This document shows positions 51,426 to 61,657 of a stretch of DNA of 64,000 bases, in pieces. The DNA comes from an uncultured Chloroflexia bacterium (lineage in GTDB: Bacteria > Chloroflexota > UBA6077 > JACCZL01), in assembly GCA_963765765.1 (NCBI GenBank), contig CAVXYC010000020.1, positions 288,001 through 352,000 of the forward strand, written 5' to 3'. Each line of letters begins with the position of its first letter. The stretch's first letter is position 1. Under the pieces are notes generated by a model that made no database searches, was not told where the DNA came from, and saw only the letters and a program-made list of their open reading frames with translations. The position numbers were made by a program, and so were the translations under genes.

Positions 51426-53932
51426 CGATCGAGGGCGCATCCATCACTCAATCGTCTGATGCCCGTTCGGCGATAGCCCTCGCGGAGCGCGTGCTCAAGA
51501 CGGAGCTACAGCGCGGCTGTGATAACCGCGCCGTCTTCGGAGGATTGACCAAGTTTCTATCCAACTGGAGCGCAACGCACTCCAACGATAGAACGGCCAG
51601 TGACACGATGGCAGAGCACGCTAGCAGCATCGTCGACCTACTCTCCAGCTACGCCGATCTGGACGAGTCTGAGCGCCGCGAAGCCGTGAGCGCGGCTCTA
51701 GCACGGCTTCGTTCGATACCCGTTACCGGCGGCTCATTGCCTGACCGAAATGCACCAAAGCCTATCGCTACATCTCGCCAGCCACCGGCCCCCGAGCCTC
51801 GCAAACCACAGCCTCCGCCCGCGCGCGGCGTGGTACGCCGTACTCTCGAGCCGCCTCTGGTTGCATCGACACCGCTTGCGGAGGTCAAGGGCGTCGGCCC
51901 GATCAGGGCGCGTGCACTGGAGAGACTCGGGCTCAGTGTCGCTGGCGATCTGCTTCAGCATTACCCGACGCGGTACATATTCTACCCCCCGCCCAGGCGA
52001 GCCATCGATCTCTTTTTTCAGCGCCTGGCGAGTTTCGAGGGCGTTGTTCGAAGTGTGAGTGTCGCCTCTCTTCAAAAACAGTTGAAGCGCATCACGGTCC
52101 GCGTTGCCGATTCAACGGGCACCGTTGAGGCAGTCTGGCTGCGCGCAGGAGCGGCACGTTCTCCGGTGCATGAGGGCCAGCGTATCGCCCTGAGTGGCAC
52201 GCTCGTCTCCCAAGGGCGTCAGATCGTATTTCAGAACCCCGATGTTGAACCGGCCGACGCTCCGCCACTCCATACTCGCCGAATCGTTCCCGTATACGCG
52301 CTCACCAAGGGGATCTACGATAACTGGCTACGGTCACTCGTGGCTCGGGCGGTGCGATCGCTCGTGCCCACAGCGGACGATCCTCTGCCCGCGCGGATTC
52401 GATCTGAGCTCGGCCTTCAACCGCGGCAAGAGGCCATCGCGGCAGTCCACTTGCCACCCGACCAGCCTGCCCTTGAAGCAGCACGTCGGCGCCTGGCGTT
52501 TGACGAGCTGCTCACCGTTCAGCTTGTGGTCCTTCAGCGCCGACGACGTGCACAGGAGAATGGCGCGACGCCAGTTCCGCGCTCCAACGAGGCATTCGGC
52601 GCTCTCGCGGATTCCCAGCCGTTCTCGCTGACCGGTGCTCAGCGACGGGTGATCGATGAGATTACCGCGGACATTGAGAAAGACGTGCCCATGACCCGCC
52701 TTTTGCAAGGAGAGGTGGGTTCGGGAAAGACGGCCGTAGCCGCCGTCATGCTTCATGCGGCAGCCGTTTCGGGGGGTCAAGGAGCGCTCATGGCGCCCAC
52801 CGAGATTCTGGCTGAGCAGCATTTTGCCAGCCTCAGCGCGTTCTTCGAGCGTGCCAGAGGGCGGCTGGAAGACAGGGGCCTGACGCCCCCGAGCGTGGGA
52901 CTCATCACTGGCAGCATGACCCCGAAACAAAAGAAAGCCGCGCTGAGTGCCGCGGAATCTGGGGAGACAAAGATCCTGGTTGGCACCCACGCGCTGATCC
53001 AGGATCGAGTGGAGTTCCAGGACCTCCGATTGGCAGTGATCGACGAGCAGCATCGCTTCGGCGTCCAACAGCGCATCACATTGCGCGCAAAGGGACGGCA
53101 GCCTCACGTGCTCCTGATGACTGCTACGCCAATTCCTCGGACTCTAGCGCTCAGTCTTTACGGAGATCTTGATCTTTCGATGATCGATGAGATGCCGCCT
53201 GGACGCCAGAAAGTGGAGACGATGCTGCTCGGGCCCGATCAGCGCCAGACCGCCTACGAGCACATGCGCAAAGAATCGAATTCCGGTCGGCAGTCCTTCG
53301 TCATCTGCCCGCTCGTCGAGGATTCGCCCGCGTTGGAGGCACGCTCAGCTACAGCCGAGTTTGAGCGCCTCCAGAATCAGGAGCTCTCAGGACTGCGCCT
53401 AGGCCTCCTGCACGGTCGCATGCGACCGGCTGACAAGGATGCGACGATGCGATCGTTCCGAGACCGTGAGTTTGATGTGCTAGTGTCCACGTCGGTCGTG
53501 GAGGTGGGGGTGGACATCCCAAATGCCACGATCATGGCCATTGAGGGCGCGGAGCGATTTGGACTGGCCCAGCTTCACCAGTTTCGCGGTCGAGTGGGCC
53601 GCGGAGCGGATCAGGCGACCTGCTACCTCCTCACGGAGAAACCCGATCCTGAAGCCATTGAGCGTTTGTCAGTTGTTGCGACGTCGGCAAACGGCCTGGA
53701 CCTGGCCGAGCACGACTTACGTCTGCGCGGTCCCGGCGATTACTTTGGCATGCGACAGAGCGGATTCCCGGAGCTGAAAGTCGCGACCCTGAACGATGTG
53801 CATCTTGTTGAGCTAGCGCGCGCAACCGCGCAATCCATTCTGTCGAGTGATCCCGACTTGAGACGCCCTCAGCATGCCTTGCTTTGTCGGCAGGTCGCTG
53901 AGTTTCTCGATCGAGCGGCGGAACCGAATTGA
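51422..53932 (+). CDS. recG: ATP-dependent DNA helicase RecG
   Basis: RLLQGEVGSGKT, DEQHRFG, MTATPIPR, QLHQFRGRVGR, DL.LRGPG; N-terminal extension. Confidence 0.97.
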   Translation: MTIEGASITQSSDARSAIALAERVLKTELQRGCDNRAVFGGLTKFLSNWSATHSNDRTASDTMAEHASSIVDLLSSYADLDESERREAVSAALARLRSIPVTGGSLPDRNAPKPIATSRQPPAPEPRKPQPPPARGVVRRTLEPPLVASTPLAEVKGVGPIRARALERLGLSVAGDLLQHYPTRYIFYPPPRRAIDLFFQRLASFEGVVRSVSVASLQKQLKRITVRVADSTGTVEAVWLRAGAARSPVHEGQRIALSGTLVSQGRQIVFQNPDVEPADAPPLHTRRIVPVYALTKGIYDNWLRSLVARAVRSLVPTADDPLPARIRSELGLQPRQEAIAAVHLPPDQPALEAARRRLAFDELLTVQLVVLQRRRRAQENGATPVPRSNEAFGALADSQPFSLTGAQRRVIDEITADIEKDVPMTRLLQGEVGSGKTAVAAVMLHAAAVSGGQGALMAPTEILAEQHFASLSAFFERARGRLEDRGLTPPSVGLITGSMTPKQKKAALSAAESGETKILVGTHALIQDRVEFQDLRLAVIDEQHRFGVQQRITLRAKGRQPHVLLMTATPIPRTLALSLYGDLDLSMIDEMPPGRQKVETMLLGPDQRQTAYEHMRKESNSGRQSFVICPLVEDSPALEARSATAEFERLQNQELSGLRLGLLHGRMRPADKDATMRSFRDREFDVLVSTSVVEVGVDIPNATIMAIEGAERFGLAQLHQFRGRVGRGADQATCYLLTEKPDPEAIERLSVVATSANGLDLAEHDLRLRGPGDYFGMRQSGFPELKVATLNDVHLVELARATAQSILSSDPDLRRPQHALLCRQVAEFLDRAAEPN

Positions 53933-54555
53933 GTATTCGTGTAACAGCCGGCCTAGCTCGTGGACGACAGCTGCTGATCCCTAAGACAGATCTGCGCCCT
54001 ACGACCGATAAAGTAAAGCAGGCGATGTTCTCCATGCTGGAGGCGGAAGCCCTGCGTCGAGATTTCGAAGGAGACCAAGATCACTTCGCGGCAATGCAGG
54101 CCTGGCCTCGGGTGCTGGATCTCTACGCTGGCAGCGGCGCGCTTGGGATTGAAGCGATCAGTCGTGGCGCTGAGCGCGCAACCTTCATCGAGCGAGATCG
54201 ACTCGCCGCGGAGACCATCCAGCGAAACCTGGAGAACACCGGACTCGCGGCGCGCGCCGACGTGCGTCGAGCGAGCGTTGAGAAGGCGCTGTCGACACTC
54301 ACCGGACCCTATGATTTAATACTGCTCGACCCGCCTTACCAGGAATACACGGCCGCGATGAAAACGCTTGAGCAGATCCAATCACGCAAACTACTCGCGG
54401 ACGGCGGGCTCGTCGTGTGGGAGCACATGGTCACTCCAGTGGCACTAGCATTGCCCAACGGGCTACGCTCCGTCCGACGCCGTGACCATGGGTCAACGTC
54501 AGTGAGTCTGCTCGAGCACGAATCGAGCGATCCGCAGGGAGAGCATGATCGGTAA
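53929..54555 (+). CDS. rsmD: 16S rRNA m2G966 methyltransferase RsmD
   Basis: RPTTDKVK, LDLYAGSGALGIEA.SRG, LDPPY. Confidence 0.93.
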   Translation: MSIRVTAGLARGRQLLIPKTDLRPTTDKVKQAMFSMLEAEALRRDFEGDQDHFAAMQAWPRVLDLYAGSGALGIEAISRGAERATFIERDRLAAETIQRNLENTGLAARADVRRASVEKALSTLTGPYDLILLDPPYQEYTAAMKTLEQIQSRKLLADGGLVVWEHMVTPVALALPNGLRSVRRRDHGSTSVSLLEHESSDPQGEHDR

Positions 54556-55048
54556 GCCGGGTTCTCAGAGAAAGATTGCGATCTACCCGGGGTCTTTTGA
54601 CCCGGTACACCTGGGGCACATCGATATTGCGCACCGAGCGGCCGCTGTGTTTGACCACGTCGTAGTGGCCGTCTTCGACCGCCCATCGAAGTCATTGCGA
54701 TTTAGCACTCAAGATCGGGTGCGGCTTTTCCAGCAAGGTCTTAAGCGCGACAATATTGAGGTCGTTCCATACAGCGGCCTGACGATCGATCTGGCACGGA
54801 AATTGGGAGCCCGGGCAATCTTACGGGGCCTTAGAGCCACTTCCGACTTCGAGTATGAGTACCAGATGACCACGATGAATCGGCACCTCGAGCCAACCAT
54901 TGAGGCTGTGTTTTTGATGACGTCCCTGGAGTACGCATACCTGAGCTCCAGCATCATCAAAGAAGTTGCAGCGCAAGGGGCACCACTGGAAGGACTTGTG
55001 CCTGAGCACGTGGCATCGGCGCTGCGAGGCGAAGCGCATGACCGGTGA
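54545..55048 (+). CDS. coaD: Pantetheine-phosphate adenylyltransferase
   Basis: YPGSFDP.HLGH, RGLR..SDFEYE, SSS..KE. Confidence 0.97.
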   Translation: MIGKPGSQRKIAIYPGSFDPVHLGHIDIAHRAAAVFDHVVVAVFDRPSKSLRFSTQDRVRLFQQGLKRDNIEVVPYSGLTIDLARKLGARAILRGLRATSDFEYEYQMTTMNRHLEPTIEAVFLMTSLEYAYLSSSIIKEVAAQGAPLEGLVPEHVASALRGEAHDR

Positions 55049-55057
55049 CTTAGGCCA

Positions 55058-55633
55058 ATGGTAGAGCGAGCCGAGCGCCTCGACTTCGAGCTGCTAGTCG
55101 ATCGCCTGGAGGAGGTCATCGTGGGTGCCTCACGCGTGCCGTTCGGCTCGCGTGTCATGGTTGATCAGCAGGATTGCGCGTCCATCATCGATCAGATGCG
55201 ACTCACCCTTCCGCGTCAGCTCCAAGATGCCTTCAGGATCATTGCTGAGCGGGACTCCATTCTGGACCAGGCCAGAGTGGAGTCTGAGCGTATTATTGAG
55301 CAAGCCCATCAGCAGGCCTCTGGCGAAGCGCTTCACCATGAGATCGTCCGGATTGCCCGCTCCCATGCAGCCGAAATCGAACAGCGCGCCGAGTCAGATG
55401 CGCGACGTACTCGAGAAGAAATGGACGAATATGCGCGCCAGGTCCTCGCTCGCTTGACTTCCAGGGTTGAGGCAACATTACGCGCCTTGAAAAAAGGAGC
55501 GCTGGATCTAGAGCGTTCGCATGGCATAAGCGAGCGATACCCGGACACCGAGAATGGACACTCGAGCCACACCGAACGCCGTCAGCGATCGACCAACCTT
55601 TCCCCCTTCGACACTCCAGGTGAGCCTTCCTGA
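55058..55633 (+). CDS. Conserved coiled-coil protein (SepIVA/DivIVA-like) between coaD and yceD
   Basis: LEE.I..A.RVP......VD...IID..R..LP....A followed by a long heptad region; typical coaD-X-yceD-rpmF context. Confidence 0.7.
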   Translation: MVERAERLDFELLVDRLEEVIVGASRVPFGSRVMVDQQDCASIIDQMRLTLPRQLQDAFRIIAERDSILDQARVESERIIEQAHQQASGEALHHEIVRIARSHAAEIEQRAESDARRTREEMDEYARQVLARLTSRVEATLRALKKGALDLERSHGISERYPDTENGHSSHTERRQRSTNLSPFDTPGEPS

Positions 55634-55669
55634 CAAGCCGAAAATTAGCCGTCAACTTGTATTGACGTT

Positions 55670-55699
55670 TTGACGGATTGCTCGGTCAACGCCTATACT
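55670..55699 (+). promoter_or_regulatory. sigma70 promoter of yceD-rpmF-fab
   Basis: TTGACG (55670-55675), 18 nt spacer, TATACT (55694-55699). Confidence 0.7.
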
Positions 55700-55748
55700 T
55701 TTCACGTGCCGCCCAGAGGCGGATTTTTCTTGCCCCATAGTTAAACCC

Positions 55749-56294
55749 ATGATTCTCGTTCACGTTGCCCAATTTCTCAAAGATGATCCAGGCGCTCGTC
55801 GAGAGCTGGAATTTCAGGAAACCGAAGCTTACCTCGGGGATGTCCAGCTCGCAGCACCACTCGAGGGCTCTGCAGAGCTTGTCCGCACGCAGCGCGGCAT
55901 TCTGGTGACCATGCCATATCACGCAACCGTTACCTTGACATGCGGCCGCTGCCTGAACGAGTTCGCCTACGTGGTAGACGATCAATTTCAGGACGAAGTG
56001 TTGGCACCCGTCGGAGAGTCACACGAGCGCGACTCAAATCGGGACGACGATGCTTTGCGTATCAGCGATGATTACGTGCTGGATCTTGGAGAACTCCTGA
56101 GGCAGGAGCTTGTGTTGCACACTCCACTGCAGCCGATATGTAAGATGGATTGCCCGGGGCTATGCGAACATTGCGGTGCGGATTTACGCACTGAGCGATG
56201 CTCATGTGATCAAATAGCCTCAGACGGACCATTCGCCGCATTGCAGAAGCTACTTCCGAATCAAACACAAAGGCCGCACGAGTCGCGGCAGTAA
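55749..56294 (+). CDS. yceD: YceD/DUF177 family protein
   Basis: C.RCL, LDL..LLRQE, P.C..DCPGLC..CG.DL, F.AL..L; upstream of rpmF. Confidence 0.9.
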   Translation: MILVHVAQFLKDDPGARRELEFQETEAYLGDVQLAAPLEGSAELVRTQRGILVTMPYHATVTLTCGRCLNEFAYVVDDQFQDEVLAPVGESHERDSNRDDDALRISDDYVLDLGELLRQELVLHTPLQPICKMDCPGLCEHCGADLRTERCSCDQIASDGPFAALQKLLPNQTQRPHESRQ

Positions 56295-56379
56295 TTCTCG
56301 GGAACGTGAATCGCGCGCCTAGCGCGATTCACGCATACAATGGCTCCGCCTACGTCACGGCGGCAGGAAGGTACACACC

Positions 56380-56577
56380 ATGGGCGCATTACCCAAAAAG
56401 AAGATTAGCTCAAGTAGACGAGGCCAGCGTCGGAGTCACGACCACATCAAGCCGGTGCCGCTGGGCGCCTGCTCACAGTGCGGGACGATGAAGCCAACGC
56501 ATCGCGTTTGCCCCACATGCGGCACGTACAACGGAAACCAGATCATTACGATCAAAACCAAAACGGTCGCGGAGTAA
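56380..56577 (+). CDS. rpmF: 50S ribosomal protein L32
   Basis: MGALPKKKIS..RR..RRSH, CSQCG..K..HRVCPTCG.Y.G. Confidence 0.96.
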   Translation: MGALPKKKISSSRRGQRRSHDHIKPVPLGACSQCGTMKPTHRVCPTCGTYNGNQIITIKTKTVAE

Positions 56578-56589
56578 GAGTTCATCTAG

Positions 56590-57567
56590 GTGCCGCTCCC
56601 GATAGCGATCATTTTCCCCGGCCAGGCGTCCCAATACATTGGTATGGGAGCCGATTTTCGACGAATGTCACCATCCGTCGAAGCGATCTACCAGCTTGCA
56701 GATGCAGCCACCGGACTCCCCATTGGGCGGGTCTCCGCTATTGGACCCGATGAGCACCTGACCGACACTCGGTTTGCCCAGCCGGCAGTGGTCGCCACGA
56801 GCCTGGCGGCGCTGGCGATTTTGAAGGAAGCCGCCACCACCGCGGATGTCCAGATTCAACCGCTCATGTGCGCGGGACACAGCGTTGGCGAGATTGCCGC
56901 GCTGGTTGCTTCCGGCGCACTTGACCCAACAGCCGCACTCGACTTCGTCCGTTGGCGTGGAGCCTACATGGCGGAAGCGTGCGATTCGACAAACGGCGCT
57001 ATGGCGGCGATCATCGGATTGACCGAAGAATCAATCGAGACACTTTGTAACGAGGCTGCTTCCGCCACCGGCACCTACGCCGAGGTGGCCAATCTCAATT
57101 CGCCCGAGCAGATCGTCGTTGCCGGCCATCGGACGGCGCTGCAGTGGATCTCGGAGCATTCGCGTGAGCGCGGAGCGCGTCGAGCCACGCTGCTCAATGT
57201 GGCCGGCCCCTTTCACTCCAGCGCCATGCGCAATGTCGCGGACAGGCTGGCACCCCTTGTGAAGCGCTTGCCGATCGGGCGACCCGTACTTCCGATTGTC
57301 TTGAACCTGAACGCGGAGCCCACACAGGATCCTGATGCAATTCGTACCGAACTCGTCTCGCAGGTCTATTCGACGGTCCGTTGGAGCGACTCGATCCACG
57401 CCATGTGGGAAGCTGGGGTACGCATTTTTATTGAGGTTGGGCCAGGTCAGGTACTCACCGGACTCGCTCGACGGACTGTGAAGGGCGCCACTGTGCTCAA
57501 CGTTCAGGATGAACCCAGTCTGGAAAGCACGGTACAGGAGCTGCAGCGCCTCCAGGAAGCCGAATGA
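56590..57567 (+). CDS. fabD: Malonyl-CoA:ACP transacylase
   Basis: FPGQ.SQ..GMG, GHSVGE, N.N...Q.V.AG, GPFHS, EVGPG. Confidence 0.96.
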   Translation: MPLPIAIIFPGQASQYIGMGADFRRMSPSVEAIYQLADAATGLPIGRVSAIGPDEHLTDTRFAQPAVVATSLAALAILKEAATTADVQIQPLMCAGHSVGEIAALVASGALDPTAALDFVRWRGAYMAEACDSTNGAMAAIIGLTEESIETLCNEAASATGTYAEVANLNSPEQIVVAGHRTALQWISEHSRERGARRATLLNVAGPFHSSAMRNVADRLAPLVKRLPIGRPVLPIVLNLNAEPTQDPDAIRTELVSQVYSTVRWSDSIHAMWEAGVRIFIEVGPGQVLTGLARRTVKGATVLNVQDEPSLESTVQELQRLQEAE

Positions 57568-58313
57568 TCGATCTCCAGGGGCGCGTCGCGCTTGTCACAG
57601 GTGCCTCGAGAGGCATTGGCCGCGCCGTAGCCCAACGGCTTGGAGAGCTCGGCGCGGACGTCGTTGTGAACTATCTCGTAAACCGAGAGGCGGCCGAAGA
57701 CGTCGTGGCTCATGTCAAGGAACTCGGTCGCAACGCCATCGCCTTTCAGGCCGATATCTCAATAGGCGATGAGGTGACGGCGCTGCTTGCCGCGACACAG
57801 GAGCGCTTTGGGCGGCTAGACATTCTTGTGAACAACGCCGGTGTGACCCGAGATACGCTCCTCCTTCGGATGGACGAATCAGATTGGGACGCCGTCCTGG
57901 ACACTAATCTCAAGTCCGTCTACCTGATGACCCGCGGAGCCATTCGCGGAATGATTCGTCAGCGATCTGGACGAGTTGTCAATGTTAGCTCCGTTATTGG
58001 AGTTATGGGTAACGCTGGACAATCGAACTACGCGGCCTCCAAGGCCGGTATTCTGGGCTTCACGCGCTCCATCGCCAGAGAGGTCGCATCCCGTGGGATC
58101 ACCGTGAATGCGGTTGCCCCGGAATGATTGAGACGGACATCTGGGATGGCGTTCCAGATGAAGCACGGGAACGCGCGCTGTCGGCTATCCCCCTCGAACG
58201 GGTCGGCCCGGCCCGACGAGGTGGCTGACGCGGTCGCATTCCTTGCATCGGATTCAGCCGCGTACATCACTGGCCAGGTGCTCCAGGTCGATGGCGGCCT
58301 GGTGATGGCCTGA
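57564..58313 (+). CDS. fabG: 3-oxoacyl-ACP reductase (two compensating 1-nt indels near 58119 and 58208)
   Basis: [19 protein letters not shown]. Corrected VAPGMIETD...IPLERVGRPDEVA...[12 protein letters not shown]; total span 750 nt = 249 aa plus stop. Confidence 0.95.
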
Positions 58314-58330
58314 CCGCACCAGGATCCGCG

Positions 58331-58843
58331 ATGAATATCGAGGGTAATGAGTCCGCGCCGACCCCTCCTGCTCGGTCGCAACGATCTCGACGTCAGGCTC
58401 GAAATGCGCGTGTGCTGGCATTCAAAGTCCTATATGAGGTAGATATCGCCCGACACGCAGCGGCCGAAGTATTCGAACGACGCATTGCCGAGGAGGGAGT
58501 GCCAGCGGAGGAAGTAGATGCTCCGCGAGCATTGGTACGTGGAGTATTGCAAACTCGAGAAGAGCTCGATGACGTCATTCAAGCACATGCTACGTCGTGG
58601 CCCATCGAACAGCTTTCGGCAGTCGAACGGAACATCTTACGGATCGCCATATTTGAGCTGCGCCATCAGCGCGAGCACGTACCGGTTGGCGTTGCAATCA
58701 ATGAAGCCGTCGAGCTTGCAAAAATGTTCGGCGGCGATGCAGCATCACGCTTCGTAAACGGTGTGCTCGGTCAAGTCGTCCGAGATGACGAAGCCCAGGA
58801 AGACACACCCGTCGAACCACAGTCACCAGGAGGGGATCACTAA
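58331..58843 (+). CDS. nusB: Transcription antitermination factor NusB
   Basis: AR..A...LYE, W....[30 protein letters not shown]. Confidence 0.95.
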   Translation: MNIEGNESAPTPPARSQRSRRQARNARVLAFKVLYEVDIARHAAAEVFERRIAEEGVPAEEVDAPRALVRGVLQTREELDDVIQAHATSWPIEQLSAVERNILRIAIFELRHQREHVPVGVAINEAVELAKMFGGDAASRFVNGVLGQVVRDDEAQEDTPVEPQSPGGDH

Positions 58844-59082
58844 TGTCCGACAATGCAGAGGCCCGACTGCGCAAGATCATTGCAGAACAGCTCAGCGTCA
58901 ACGAAGAGGAAGTCACAACGGACGCGTCCTTTATCGATGACCTCAACGCTGATTCGCTTGATCTCGTCGAGCTGATCATGTCGTTGGAAGAAGAATTCAA
59001 CGTCAAAATCCCGGACGACGATGCTGAGAAGATTCGAACTGTCCGAGACGCCATGGAGTATCTCAACGAGCATACGAGCTAA
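58843..59082 (+). CDS. acpP: Acyl carrier protein
   Basis: [20 protein letters not shown]. Confidence 0.97.
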   Translation: MSDNAEARLRKIIAEQLSVNEEEVTTDASFIDDLNADSLDLVELIMSLEEEFNVKIPDDDAEKIRTVRDAMEYLNEHTS

Positions 59083-59143
59083 TGACGCTTTGAGCGTCAG
59101 CAATTGCCAGTAGCCCCAATCCTATGAGCGTTCGCATTTCACC

Positions 59144-59920
59144 TTGAGCACTGACGGCGACCCGACGGCGGCGCCGTCGAACTCGTCGTCATCTGACAAC
59201 GAGGAACCGCTCGAATCGTCGATGACGATGATGGAGCACCTCGAAGAGCTTCGTACCCGATTGGTGATCTCGGGAGTCGGGCTCATCGCTGGGCTGATCA
59301 TCTCAGCTATTCCTGTTCCAGGTGCCGAGTCGCTCACCTGGAAAGTCATCCAGATCCTGATTGTGCCCGTGCAGGGCCGCATTCAAGGCATTGCCCCCGG
59401 CGAAGTTTTCTTCACCTATCTGAAGATTGCACTCGTCGTCGGTGCTGCGTTGGCCATGCCGCTCCTGATCTACCAGGCGCTGAAGTTTGTTCTTCCGGCA
59501 CTCCTGCCTCATGAGAAGAAGTACATGTGGATGGCCGTACCAGGCGTGACGCTCTCGTTCGTCGCTGGCCTGGCATTCGGCTACTATGTGCTTCTTCCCT
59601 TCGCCATCGCGTTCCTGATGGGCTTCGGGGCGGACCTCATCGAACAGAATTGGAGCTTCAGCGCCTACGTTTCAACGGTTGCCACACTGCTCTTCTGGAT
59701 GGGGTTAGCCTTTGAAACTCCGTTGGTGATGTTCTTTCTGGCAAAGTTCCACGTCGTGCACGTGGACAGCCTACGTCGCTTCCGCAAGTACGCATTGGTA
59801 TTGGCGTTTGTCGCCGGCGCGATCATCACGCCTAGCCCAGACCCGGTCAACCAGACGGCCGTAAGTATTCCGCTCTATTTGCTCTTCGAGATCGGGCTAC
59901 TTCTAGCGCGATTCGCGTAG
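59144..59920 (+). CDS. tatC: Twin-arginine translocase subunit TatC
   Basis: EHLEELR.RL, F..PAL...EK, GLAFE.P, ITPSPD, P.YLLFE. Confidence 0.94.
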   Translation: MSTDGDPTAAPSNSSSSDNEEPLESSMTMMEHLEELRTRLVISGVGLIAGLIISAIPVPGAESLTWKVIQILIVPVQGRIQGIAPGEVFFTYLKIALVVGAALAMPLLIYQALKFVLPALLPHEKKYMWMAVPGVTLSFVAGLAFGYYVLLPFAIAFLMGFGADLIEQNWSFSAYVSTVATLLFWMGLAFETPLVMFFLAKFHVVHVDSLRRFRKYALVLAFVAGAIITPSPDPVNQTAVSIPLYLLFEIGLLLARFA

Positions 59921-59941
59921 CGACCCAGCGGTCACTGGACT

Positions 59942-59977
59942 GCAGACGGCCCGGAAGTTAGCTCCCGGGCCGTCTGC
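59942..59977. terminator. Hairpin between convergent tatC and cupin genes
   Basis: GCAGACGGCCCGG...CCGGGCCGTCTGC, a perfect 13-bp stem; weak U-tracts. Confidence 0.65.
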
Positions 59978-60000
59978 TATCTCGATCGCTTAATAGAGAT

Positions 60001-60330
60001 CTACTGACGATACTCATCCCTTGGCGGCGAGAACACGTCTACGAAGATGCAGTCCTCGAGACCAACGACCCCATGCGGGACCTCACCCGGAATTTCGTAG
60101 CCGTCGCCTGGACCGAGCTCCAGCTCCTTGTCGCCGATCTGGAAGCGCGCTCGCCCGGACACGAGGTGCCCGATCTGCTCGTGCGGATGAGTATGCACCG
60201 GAACTACCGCGTCGCGGTCGATCCATACACGCACAACCATTGCCTGCTCACCTTCAGCGAGCATCTGGCGGCGCACGCCTGCCAGCATCTCCACTGGTGG
60301 TGTTTCAGCAGCTCGACGAAATCCAGTCAT
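60001..60330 (-). CDS. Cupin-domain protein (KdgF-like)
   Basis: PVHTHPHEQ...V.G, IP..VPH, DVFSPPR.EY. Confidence 0.85.
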   Translation of the reverse strand: MTGFRRAAETPPVEMLAGVRRQMLAEGEQAMVVRVWIDRDAVVPVHTHPHEQIGHLVSGRARFQIGDKELELGPGDGYEIPGEVPHGVVGLEDCIFVDVFSPPRDEYRQ

Positions 60331-60339
60331 AGCGTCTTG

Positions 60340-61622
60340 TTACGCGCTTGCGCCCTCCGGGAACTCCTCCAGCTCCACAACCCGTTCTGTTCGAGCAAGG
60401 AGCTGTGGCGCCTTGGATTCCATGATGGTGTCGCGACTAATTACGCACTTCCGAATGTCGCTCCGAGACGGGATCTCGTACATGACATCCAGCAGGATCT
60501 CCTCGATGATCGTGCGAAGACCGCGTGCGCCGGTCTTGAGGTGCAACGCCTTCTCCGCCGCGGCATCAAGAGCATCATCGGAGAAGACGAGCTCCACCTT
60601 GTCGAGGCCCAGAAGCTTTGCATATTGCTTGGTGATAGCGTTGCGCGGCTCGGTGAGAATGCGAATGAGATCGTCCTTGCCAAGCTGATCGATGCTCACG
60701 ACCACAGGAAGCCGGCCGACGAATTCTGGGATGAGTCCGTACTTGAGGAGATCATCTGAGCCGAGCTGCGCCAGGAGTGCAGACGAATCCTTGTCAGAAA
60801 GAAGATCAGACTGGAAACCCATCTGACGCTTGGAACCGACGCGCTTCGCAACGATGTCCTCGAGGCCCTCGAACGCACCACCACAGATGAACAGGACATT
60901 AGCCGTATTGATCTGGATGAAGTCCTGGTGAGGGTGCTTCCGTCCCCCCTGGGGCGGCACATTAGCGACGGTGCCCTCAATGATCTTGAGAAGCGCCTGC
61001 TGCACACCTTCACCGGAGACATCTCGAGTGATCGACGGGTTATCGCCTTTTCGGGCGATCTTGTCGATCTCGTCGATATAGATGATGCCCCGCTCGGCTC
61101 GCGCGATGTCGAAGTCAGCCGCCTGGATAAGACGCAGGAGTATGTTCTCAACATCTTCGCCGACGTAGCCAGCTTCGGTCAGCGCCGTGGCGTCCGCGAT
61201 GCAGAACGGCACGTCGATAATCTTGGCCAGAGTCTGCGCAAGAAGTGTCTTGCCGCAACCAGTAGGGCCGACGAGCAGAATATTGCTCTTCTGGAGCTCT
61301 ACGTCGTCTACCTGCATACCCGCGCCCACGCGCTTGTAGTGGTTGTAGACAGCCACGGAAAGCACCTTCTTGGCGCGATCCTGACCCACGACGTAGCTAT
61401 TAAGTTGTTCGTAAATCTTCTTGGGAGTTGGAAGCTTCGATAGCGTCACCTTGGTCCGTGTAGGAGGTGACGACTCTTCGTCGATGATTTCGCGGCAAAG
61501 ATCCACGCATTCGTCGCAGATATACACCGCCCCGGGCAGGCGATGAGGCGCCGCACCTGGTCCTGGCTCTTCCCACAGAATGAACAGTGGTATTGGCCCC
61601 GACCTCCGCGAGCCGTCGGCAT
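60340..61622 (-). CDS. clpX: Clp protease ATP-binding subunit ClpX (1-nt frameshift near 61532)
   Basis: ATG 61622 gives ...[18 protein letters not shown], joining [41 protein letters not shown]. Confidence 0.96.
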
Positions 61623-61657
61623 CGGCTACCTCCTCGCCCCAATTAGATACGGCACGC

